From positions 1 to 64,000 of the IMG/VR virus record IMGVR_UViG_3300004241_000001: a stretch of DNA of 64,000 nucleotides; one strand, given 5' to 3'. Origin of the DNA: a virus (taxonomy: Duplodnaviria > Caudoviricetes). The position numbers and the translations under genes were made by a program. Each line of letters starts with the position of its first letter. Positions within the stretch are counted from its first letter, which is position 1. The notes beneath the pieces were generated by a model, which saw only the letters and a program-made list of their open reading frames with translations, was not told the DNA's origin and did not search any database. Below are positions 28,075 to 36,900 of the stretch, in pieces.

Positions 28075-28612
28075 TTTCGATTATTACAATGAGAATGTAA
28101 AAAATATCGTAAGAAAATATAATATCAAAAAAGTATTTGATGTTGGCGTAGGAGCAGGCAAATATGGAAAACTCTTAAGCGGCCTAGTAAATATTATTGA
28201 TGGTTGTGAACCAGAACAAGCATACCTGAATAAGTTAAAACCAGAGGGATATCGTAATATACATAACGAATATTTTGATGTTCCAATTCTGGATAAAATC
28301 GAGAAAGAAAGAAAATACGATCTTGTTATATTTGGAGATGTGCTTGAGCATGTTCCTCATAGCAAAATTTTTGATCTATTGGATATTGCTTATTATTTAA
28401 GCAAATATATTGTAATATTGACTCCTCTTGATTGTCCTCAAGGGGCAGTAGTATTAAACGATATTGATGATAAGCCAAAGCCAACAGAGAGGCATATAAG
28501 TTTTATTCGTCCTCAAGATATATTTCAAAAATATGAAGTTCTTGAATATCATAAAAATATAATCGGAGAAATCCCATTCTGTTTATACTTGTTGAAAGGG
28601 TGTGTTAGCTAA
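28058..28612 (+). CDS. Class I SAM-dependent methyltransferase
   Basis: VFDVGVGAGKYG and YDLVIFGDVLEH motifs. Confidence 0.9.
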   Translation: MKMPYSFDYYNENVKNIVRKYNIKKVFDVGVGAGKYGKLLSGLVNIIDGCEPEQAYLNKLKPEGYRNIHNEYFDVPILDKIEKERKYDLVIFGDVLEHVPHSKIFDLLDIAYYLSKYIVILTPLDCPQGAVVLNDIDDKPKPTERHISFIRPQDIFQKYEVLEYHKNIIGEIPFCLYLLKGCVS

Positions 28613-28797
28613 TGCCATTATTTGATTATAAATGTGAAGAATGTAAAATAAAAGAAGAGATATTAGTTGAATCAAAAAATACAGAAGTATTCTGCAAAGA
28701 ATGCGGAAGGCAGATGCAGAGAATAGAGATGAATGTAACTACCTCTATATTTTCTGACAGAGCTTACATCAAAGGTAAAAAACAGTTATTAAATTAA
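28612..28797 (+). CDS. FmdB-family zinc-ribbon protein
   Basis: MPLFDYKCEEC...CKECG. Confidence 0.85.
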   Translation: MPLFDYKCEECKIKEEILVESKNTEVFCKECGRQMQRIEMNVTTSIFSDRAYIKGKKQLLN

Positions 28798-28800
28798 TAA

Positions 28801-28829
28801 TTGACAACTCCTCTTATGTATCATAGAAT
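28801..28829 (+). promoter_or_regulatory. sigma70-type promoter
   Basis: TTGACA-17-TAGAAT. Confidence 0.65.
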
Positions 28830-28848
28830 AGGACTTGGTGATTTATTT

Positions 28849-29280
28849 ATGGATAGTTTAACACAAAAATTAATAGATAAAGTAAAACGTCTTGCTACGA
28901 TGAAAGAGGAAGATCCAATAATCGTATTGAGAATCAGCGATAGTTTTGATTCTATCTGCTCTGATTCTCAGTACCCATCTTTAGCTTTCGAAAACGAGAC
29001 GGATTATAAAATAATTCCAGATATATCTCTTTCTGGAGAAGATAATGAAATATATTCAGCTTTAAGAGAAGCGATAGTTTATTCCGTATTAAAAGACTAT
29101 GGCAATAAGACAATAAGAGATGCCGCTGGCAAAGCGGTTATCGTTAGGTCAGGAAGAGATATGGTTGATACTACGAAAACAACTGGCGATTTAACTAAGG
29201 CTCAACAAAAATTCCAAGACCTTTACGACCAGAGGATTGAAGATATAAAAACATACATGAAAAATGGATTTGTGATGTAG
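28849..29280 (+). CDS. Head-tail adaptor-like protein
   Basis: Position; start moved from TTG 28801 (the -35 box) to ATG 28849. Confidence 0.55.
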   Translation: MDSLTQKLIDKVKRLATMKEEDPIIVLRISDSFDSICSDSQYPSLAFENETDYKIIPDISLSGEDNEIYSALREAIVYSVLKDYGNKTIRDAAGKAVIVRSGRDMVDTTKTTGDLTKAQQKFQDLYDQRIEDIKTYMKNGFVM

Positions 29281-29287
29281 GAGCAAT

Positions 29288-29833
29288 ATGGCAGAGGAAT
29301 TAGATTTATCTACTCTAATAACAGATGAAATAAGAGACATTTATCAAGAGTGGATGACCCCGGTAAAAAGAGAAATGAATAAGAGGCCGATAACATTCTT
29401 TTGGACAGAATCAGATTCTTTCTGCCCTAATTGCTTATTTGACACAATAAATAATATGTCTGCTGGAATATACAATCCTATCGATGGATATTCAGGAACT
29501 TCGTTTGATAATGGAAGATGCCCTATTTGTAATAATATCGGAAAGATAAAAAACTCTGGACAGCAATCTTTAAGCGGAACTATTTATTATCCAAATACCG
29601 CTAATCGTCAGGATATTCCTGGAGGATACTTCGATTCGTCAAGAGCGGAGATATCTTTTATTATTCCAGATATGATATGTAACTCTGGACAATATTCTGG
29701 TAAAAGATACTATGAGTTTATGGACTATGTAACATTTGATAATCATAAATGGACTCAAGATGGACTTCCAAGAGAAGGTGGAATTGGAGGCCCATTTATA
29801 ATTGATTTAATTGTAGCAAGGACGGACAAATGA
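29288..29833 (+). CDS. Head-closure / neck protein with CxxC pairs
   Basis: CPNC...CPIC motifs; position. Confidence 0.55.
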   Translation: MAEELDLSTLITDEIRDIYQEWMTPVKREMNKRPITFFWTESDSFCPNCLFDTINNMSAGIYNPIDGYSGTSFDNGRCPICNNIGKIKNSGQQSLSGTIYYPNTANRQDIPGGYFDSSRAEISFIIPDMICNSGQYSGKRYYEFMDYVTFDNHKWTQDGLPREGGIGGPFIIDLIVARTDK

Positions 29834-31119
29834 GCAATATAGAAAAATTTGCAAAGAAAATATCCGACGATATAGCAAAAACTAAATTTTCTGTGTATAA
29901 ATCATATGCTACAAATAAAATGATTTCTTCCATTCCGCAATTAAAAACCGGAGAAAGTTCAGCGTTATTCCAAAGAGCAACTCCAAAAGGCAAAGAGCAA
30001 TTAATTGAAATATCATCTAATTTTAGAGATGTAATGAAAGAATTGTTCTCTTCCATGAATAATTCCTTCAAAATGACAATGGCGAGAATGGTGGAAGCAA
30101 GCGAGGAAAATATTCTTAAAGCTAGGAAGAACTTTGGAAGATATCTTGAAAAAACTTTAAATGACGCAGTTCAGAAAATATTTGCTGATGTTGTTCAAGA
30201 TCAGATTATTGATAAATATGAAAAAAAATATAGAACTATAAAACATGGTAAAGCCATTGATTTAATGCTAAAATCATTAAAAGATACAGTTGCCATTATG
30301 ACAGCAAATATAAATAAATATTTAAAAGTTAAAATAAATCTAAAAGAGGATACTGCAAGAAGCTTCAAAGAAAATGGAGCAGAATATACAGTTAATGATT
30401 TATATAGTATAGATATAGAGTTTAAATTATTTGATATGGCTATTGAAAAAGCTGCCGAGAAGCAAAATAATGTTCTATCATTGTATGAAAGAAAGGCTGG
30501 CAAAGCAACATTTCCAAATGCAAGTTATTATGATAAACGAAAAGGAAAACTAAGATACAGAACAAAAAAAACCCAAACGGTCTATAATTTGTCAGCATTA
30601 GAAGAAATAAGGCATACTTGGAAAGTATCAAGGGCAAAATATTCTATGCTTACCATAGTGGATTTAGGCACTAAAGGCCAGTATGAAATAAAACCATATG
30701 GAAAGCCAACATATGAAAAAGAAACAACTTCTGGAATAAAATCAAGAAGATTTGGTGCAAAAGAATTTGAATCAAAGACTGGAAAAGTTTCTATTAAAAT
30801 TAAATCAAAGAAAAAATACCTTATAAATCATTTTAAAGATGGATATTTATTTCAAAGAAGGGCGTATCGTTCAAAAGGAACTTCCGGTAGTAATATAATA
30901 TTTGAAGCGCAAAACTTAATAAATAAAAAGATAGAAATAGAATTTATAAAGCGCATTGGAGAGTTTGTAAAAGAGAATTATGGACAGATAAAAGACGACA
31001 TGCTAGAATGGCTTACAAAAACATCATCTTTTAAAAAGGTCGAGATAAAAAGAAAAGCAAGCAAACAAGCAAGAGTTAATATGCTCAAAGGCATCGTTAC
31101 GAGGAATAAAACATTATGA
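29830..31119 (+). CDS. Basic neck-region protein
   Basis: Lys-rich 429-aa ORF between neck genes. Confidence 0.5.
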   Translation: MSNIEKFAKKISDDIAKTKFSVYKSYATNKMISSIPQLKTGESSALFQRATPKGKEQLIEISSNFRDVMKELFSSMNNSFKMTMARMVEASEENILKARKNFGRYLEKTLNDAVQKIFADVVQDQIIDKYEKKYRTIKHGKAIDLMLKSLKDTVAIMTANINKYLKVKINLKEDTARSFKENGAEYTVNDLYSIDIEFKLFDMAIEKAAEKQNNVLSLYERKAGKATFPNASYYDKRKGKLRYRTKKTQTVYNLSALEEIRHTWKVSRAKYSMLTIVDLGTKGQYEIKPYGKPTYEKETTSGIKSRRFGAKEFESKTGKVSIKIKSKKKYLINHFKDGYLFQRRAYRSKGTSGSNIIFEAQNLINKKIEIEFIKRIGEFVKENYGQIKDDMLEWLTKTSSFKKVEIKRKASKQARVNMLKGIVTRNKTL

Positions 31120-31661
31120 TGACTGACTGCAAACAATTAGAATTAAATATGGTATTCGAAATAAAAAGAATCATTGAACAAGTTTGTAAAAGAACAGGAT
31201 TTAAATATCTTGTTGAAAATCCAGACAATGATTCGGAAATAAATACATCAATTTTAAAAGCAATAAAACTACCAGTAGTTGTTTTAGAGATAGACGAGTT
31301 CTCAAGTCAAGCCATTGAAATAGGTGGAGGTATCGAGGAATCAGCAAATTTCTTCATTGACGTAATGTGTGATTCAAGAGTTGACAGTAGAGATATTGGT
31401 GAATTTTTAGTAAAGAATCTTGAGGGTTGGCATGACATGCTTGATTTCTCCACTTTAAAGTCTATGCCTGATCCTAACAATTCTTCTTATGATATCTCTA
31501 AACTTCCATCAGCAAAATTAAATGAGTGGTTTATAGATACTGGTGCTATGTCAAGAGTTCTGTTCAAAGTAGATCCATCCGGGCAAAAGCAAGACCCAAG
31601 TTTTACTAAGAGATGGCAATGTTCAATAAATGGCGAAGTAAAATTTTTAAGAAACTTCTAA
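31116..31661 (+). CDS. Tail terminator / completion-like protein
   Basis: LPVVVLE...IEIGGG...FFIDV pattern; precedes the tail tube gene. Confidence 0.6.
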   Translation: MMTDCKQLELNMVFEIKRIIEQVCKRTGFKYLVENPDNDSEINTSILKAIKLPVVVLEIDEFSSQAIEIGGGIEESANFFIDVMCDSRVDSRDIGEFLVKNLEGWHDMLDFSTLKSMPDPNNSSYDISKLPSAKLNEWFIDTGAMSRVLFKVDPSGQKQDPSFTKRWQCSINGEVKFLRNF

Positions 31662-31687
31662 TAAAAACAAGAAAGGAATGAATGTAA

Positions 31688-32965
31688 ATGTCTACAAAAC
31701 CTATTCAATATCAAGGTCGCGCGGTAGCGATTATAGTAAATAACGAAGTATGGAAACGCGCCCAGGCATCAGATAACTCTGTTGATCTTGGTTCAGAAAA
31801 AATATTCGAAATTGCAAACGCAGATGTTGTTGAAACGAAAGATAACACTCCTAACGTAACAATGAATATTGATAGTAATGAACTCGGTTCTCTTGGCATG
31901 TTCAAGGCAATTGTATCAGGAACAAATATTTCAGCAACGACTGGAGATTATGATGCAAATGGAGTATATAAAGGAACATATTCTGGAGCAAATCTTATCC
32001 AGATGAAAAACCCAGTATATGACTTTGACAATGCTTTGTTACCAGAAGTTTTAATTAAAGTATCTGAAAGAAGCAATACAACTGTTAATAGAACGGCACA
32101 CGTTCAGGGTATGTTTATATCTTCAATCGCTGGTTCATATGATGTTGGCGGCATGGCAAAGCAAACTGTCACATTCGAAAGCGATAACAAAAAATGGTAT
32201 CTTGGTGATCATAAAAACACCTTTACGATGGTTTTAACTCCAAATGCTGGAACAAAAACTGCAACTTCTCCAGCAACAAAAGGTCTAGACGAAACACTTA
32301 TAAGATGCTTTGCAAACCGTTCAGAATTTGCTGGAACATGGGTTGGAACGATAGTAACTTTTACAATGGACGATAACTTTGACGGAACAGAAAGAGTTAT
32401 TGGAGTTTACGCAAAAGGTGATAAAACTTCGACTGGCGATTTCCCGGCTCTTACTCCAACCAATACAGGTTCAAAAGGTGGATTAAGAAGAGGGGCAATC
32501 GTAATCTATGCTCACAAAAGCACAGATTCAGAAACAAGGCTTTTAAGATGTCAATCTGCAAGTTATAACTTAAATTTCAATAGACAGGCGAAAAATGAAC
32601 TTGGAACTCAGAAAGATATCGATAGAGCTATATCATATCCTCTTACTGTAACCTCTGATTTGACATTCGATGCGTCAGATCTTGAAGCATTTGCAATAAT
32701 GCAGGGTAAGAAAGCAGAATATGATGCTGGCACATTGACAGAGATGGACGTAAAGAACTTCATCAACGATGTTACAATAAAAGTAAAAATATATAGCGAT
32801 GAATATGACCATAGTTCAGGAAAACTTATTGAAACCATTACGCTTGAAGGCCAGAAAGTTAAAAATGAAAGTGATAGCGTACAGGCAGGTTCGACATCAA
32901 CTTCTTGGAAAGTATCTCTTGAAGGCAGTTCAATAACTTGGGAAACTACTGGTAATGCTATATAA
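31688..32965 (+). CDS. Major tail tube protein
   Basis: T/S/G-rich 425 aa; sits before the chaperone and tape measure genes. Confidence 0.7.
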   Translation: MSTKPIQYQGRAVAIIVNNEVWKRAQASDNSVDLGSEKIFEIANADVVETKDNTPNVTMNIDSNELGSLGMFKAIVSGTNISATTGDYDANGVYKGTYSGANLIQMKNPVYDFDNALLPEVLIKVSERSNTTVNRTAHVQGMFISSIAGSYDVGGMAKQTVTFESDNKKWYLGDHKNTFTMVLTPNAGTKTATSPATKGLDETLIRCFANRSEFAGTWVGTIVTFTMDDNFDGTERVIGVYAKGDKTSTGDFPALTPTNTGSKGGLRRGAIVIYAHKSTDSETRLLRCQSASYNLNFNRQAKNELGTQKDIDRAISYPLTVTSDLTFDASDLEAFAIMQGKKAEYDAGTLTEMDVKNFINDVTIKVKIYSDEYDHSSGKLIETITLEGQKVKNESDSVQAGSTSTSWKVSLEGSSITWETTGNAI

Positions 32966-32971
32966 TTTTAA

Positions 32972-33000
32972 TTGACATAAAATAATCTTTAGATTAAAAT
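32972..33000 (+). promoter_or_regulatory. sigma70-type promoter
   Basis: TTGACA-17-TAAAAT. Confidence 0.65.
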
Positions 33001-33056
33001 GAATGGCGGTTGGACATAAGTCTGACCGCCATTTAATTATATAAGGAGACGATATT

Positions 33057-33689
33057 ATGGAACAGGAGAAACTTAATAAAATTGAGGCAAACGACACTAT
33101 AAAATTATACGACGCAAATGAAGTAGTTGATACTGGGAAAAAGAAATTTAACTTTATGGGCAAAGAATGTTTTATTATTCACCCTACGATAAATCAAGAG
33201 GTTGAGTTAAAACAAAAATATGCGAAAATGTTCTCTGGGTTTTTAACAAAAGATGATTTCTTATGCCGTCATCAAATGATTAAATTATTAAAAGATAAAG
33301 GCATTTGGACTGACCAAGATAAAGCTGATGCAGAGGAACTTCACGAAAGAATGGTTCAGTATTACTCTGAATTTAATTCAATTCCATATGATAAAAGACT
33401 TGGAAATACAGAATTTGATAAAGCATATGATTTATATTCGAAGACAAGTGTAAACTATTACACGAAAACATCGATATATTCTGAATCAATGTCAAATACA
33501 GTCGAAGGATTGTGCGACCAGGCGTTGCTTTCAAAAAGACTTGCAATGTGCCTTGTGAATGAAAAGAATGAACCTATAACGTCAGAGAAAGAGATTGGCG
33601 ATATGAGAAAAGGCAATGATCTTGCAGATGTTTTGTTCAGAGCAAAAATGTTTTGGGATGGCGTTGAAGACCGTTTTTTAGAAAATTAG
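33057..33689 (+). CDS. Tail assembly chaperone (gpG-like)
   Basis: Between tail tube and tape measure; slippery site just before the stop codon. Confidence 0.75.
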   Translation: MEQEKLNKIEANDTIKLYDANEVVDTGKKKFNFMGKECFIIHPTINQEVELKQKYAKMFSGFLTKDDFLCRHQMIKLLKDKGIWTDQDKADAEELHERMVQYYSEFNSIPYDKRLGNTEFDKAYDLYSKTSVNYYTKTSIYSESMSNTVEGLCDQALLSKRLAMCLVNEKNEPITSEKEIGDMRKGNDLADVLFRAKMFWDGVEDRFLEN

Positions 33690-33931
33690 CACGTTCGTTT
33701 CTGACTCAAAAAAGATTCGAATTGTGCAAGGATTCAATATGCGAATCCTTCTTCGGAAAGCCGGCAAGAGAATTAACAATAGACCAAGTAGTATTTTTAA
33801 AATGGACTTCGTTTTACGCTTGCTTAAATGAGAGAACTGAAAAAAGACCAGGCCCAGAATTAGTAGATAATGATTATGAATTAGATAAATGGCTTGATGA
33901 AGAATTAAAAAAGAAAACAAAAGAGTTTTAG
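33674..33931 (+). CDS. -1 frameshift extension of the tail chaperone (gpGT-like)
   Basis: T TTT TTA at 33674-33680 in the correct phase; the -1 frame is open through FRKLARSFLTQKRFELCKDSI... to 33931. Confidence 0.8.
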   Translation, partial: FFRKLARSFLTQKRFELCKDSICESFFGKPARELTIDQVVFLKWTSFYACLNERTEKRPGPELVDNDYELDKWLDEELKKKTKEF

Positions 33932-33944
33932 AAAGGAAGATAAG

Positions 33945-36900
33945 ATGGCAAACGTTAACCAGAGTATTTCAATTGATTTCTTAATGACCGCGAAATCAAA
34001 TCCTGCTGGATTTAATGATATTATAAGAAAAATAGAAAATATACGCGGAGAAATGGCAGATTTTAGTGGAAGTATAGGTTCTGGTATGTCAAAACTAATG
34101 TCTTCCTTTTCTATGTTCCAAAAGGGGCTTGAGCCGAGAGCCTTTTTATCTTCAACTGAAAAGATAAAGCAAGAAATAAGAAGTTTATCAGCAGAATTGT
34201 CAAACCTTTCAAAAAAAGCAAAAGGGATGGACATTGATTTATCTGCCATAAGCAAAATGCAGGGGATTTTACGTTCAGCAAGGGCTAAAGTCCAATATGA
34301 AGAGGCTCAATTTTATAAAGATTTAAGGTCTCCGTTTGACTTGTCTCAGGCAAAATTTTCTGCTATCCAAATTCCCCAATCGCCTCTATCATATAAGGCC
34401 CCTACCGGGCGACAAGTTGAGAGACTAAAAGAATCACTAACTCCGCAACCATCTGGTCTTGATAAATTTATGTCATCCCAGGTTTTGGCAGTCGGAAGAC
34501 TTGCTCGTTATTATGCTTCATTCGAATTAATTAATGGATCAATAAATGCTATAAATACTGCAATGCAAGAGACAATAATGCTTCAAGATAAAATGCTTGA
34601 AGTTAAAAAGTTCTTGCCAGTTAACTCTGCCACAAAAGAACTTGAAAATAATGTATATGCCCTCGCCAAAGCATATGGCGTATCAGCCGAGACGGTTTTA
34701 AATTCGTACTCAGAATTTGCTCAACAGGGCATGAAAGCGAATCAAATACTTGATGCTACTAAAGCCGCTTTACTCGGCGTTAATGTTGCATCAATAGATT
34801 TCGCTGAATCAACAAAATTCCTTACGACCGCAACAAATGTTTGGGGTTACAGCTTATCTCAATCAACGACATTGTTCGATAAATTATCTAAGGTTCAGGC
34901 TATGTCGGCTGTAACTGCACAGGCAATGATTTCAGCTATACAAAAAACTGGTTCAATTGCTCATGATGTTGGCGTTTCAATGGATGAACTTCTTGGATAT
35001 ATCGCCGCAATAACAGAGAAAACTCAACAATCTGGTGAAGTTACTGGTAACGCTTTAAAGACAATGTTCGAAAGATTATTACGTTCTGATAGTATAAGAA
35101 AATTAGAAGCAATGGATCCACTTAAAGGTATAACTTTTAGAAATATCCAAACTGGAGAACTTGAAAAAGCAGGAGTTATTTTATCGCAGATAGCTGGCAA
35201 ATGGAAAGATTTAACTGACATTGAAAGAAAGAATATTGGTGAAGTTATTGCTGGTGGTAGACAAATAAATACATTTACCGCTTTAATGTCAAACTTTGAC
35301 TCGGCTGTTAAATTAACTGGTGAATCTTTAAATTCTATGGGGTTTGCTCAACAACAGAATCAAACAGAGATGCAAAAATTCACTAAAAATGCACAAATAC
35401 TTAAAAATGTATTTTTAGAGTTGACAACTGATGCATTAACTCCTTTTATGGTAGCTACAAATCTATCTATAAATATTTTAGGCCAGTTTGGATCTAGTGT
35501 TATGCCTATAGCCAAAGCTGGTGTATCTGGATTTGGAGCGGCAGTTATGGTAGTTGCAACTATGGCTATACCAACTCTAATAAGAAGCATTATAGCGTCA
35601 GGTGGAGTTCTTGGAACATTTTTACAAACTATGGGTAATGCTGCTTTAGTTACCAAAGGTCTTGGAGCAGTTTTATCAGGCCCGGCAGGTATAGCATTTG
35701 CGATTGGAAGTGCAATATCTGGATTTTTACTATATAACAGTAGCGTTCAAGAATCTAAAGAAAAAACAGAAGATTTAAATAAAGAATTAGCCAAAACTGC
35801 CGATTCATTAAATAAATTATCAAAGGGGTTTTCTGCCAAAGAATTTACTGAAAGTATCCTTGGTGGAATGACATCAGAGCAATTAGCTAAAATAATAGAA
35901 CTGAATCCTGCCATAGAGTCTATAATAAGCTATGGAGAAAAAGGCCCATATATAAAATCTGGGAGACAAGACTTAGCCAGAAAAATGTTCGTTGAGGCTA
36001 CAAAGCAAACAATACAGCAAAAAGCTGAAGGTGGAGTTACTTTTGAAAGTTATGTGAAAGATGTTGGTTTAACTAAAGATCAATTAAGTGCAACGAGAGT
36101 GCAAGAAGAATTTAATAAACTTCTGAAAGAGTCTGGAGATTTACAGAAGGAAATTACAGGATATCTTTCTCGTTCAACGTTCCTTTCTGATTCCGAATTG
36201 AAAACTCTTGATTTAAAAAAGCAAAAACAAAAAGAAATAAACGGATTGCTTGCACAATTTGAATATTTGGCAAAAGCCTCGGCTGGGAGTTCCGAATTAT
36301 CATTACAAAATGCAATAGAAGCAGCCCAGCAAATTGCAAAATTATTTTTCCAAGATAAACCCACTCAAATTTCTCCTATTTCTGATTCTCAAGAAAAACT
36401 TGAGGCACAAAGGGCAGTAATAGAAGAAATTGGTATAGAAATGGAAAAAGGATTATTTACCGCCCAACAAAAAAATAAAGAATTTGATATTGAAAATGAA
36501 CTTTTAGAAAATCTAAAGTCTCAACAATTTGAACTTGGGGCAAAAGAAATTGAACTAAGAGAACAAGTAAATAAAGGTATAGATGGAGCAAAAGATAAAT
36601 ATGATGAAGTAATTAAGAAAAATGAAATTGTAAAATCATTAATTGGAGACCAAAAAGATATTTTACAAAGGCTTTTGGATTTACTTAATCAAGACTATTT
36701 TATTAATGTAAGATTTAATATGCCTCAAGGAATACCATTACCAGGTTTTATTCCGATCGGTGGAGAAGGGGCTGTTTCATCTGCTAATTTAAATAAAACA
36801 GCACAAGAAGCAAAAGCTAGAGAGACAATTGCAAACAAAGAAATATTAAAAACAACAAACGATATACTTTCAGCTCAAAACTCAATAAACGCATTAGAAA

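Noticed and set aside
28801-28848. TTG start for the adaptor ORF
   Set aside because: Coincides with the -35 box of a promoter; ATG 28849 is more plausible
31688-32965. Contractile tail sheath
   Set aside because: No sheath or baseplate wedge motifs; the tube-chaperone-tape measure order fits a siphovirus
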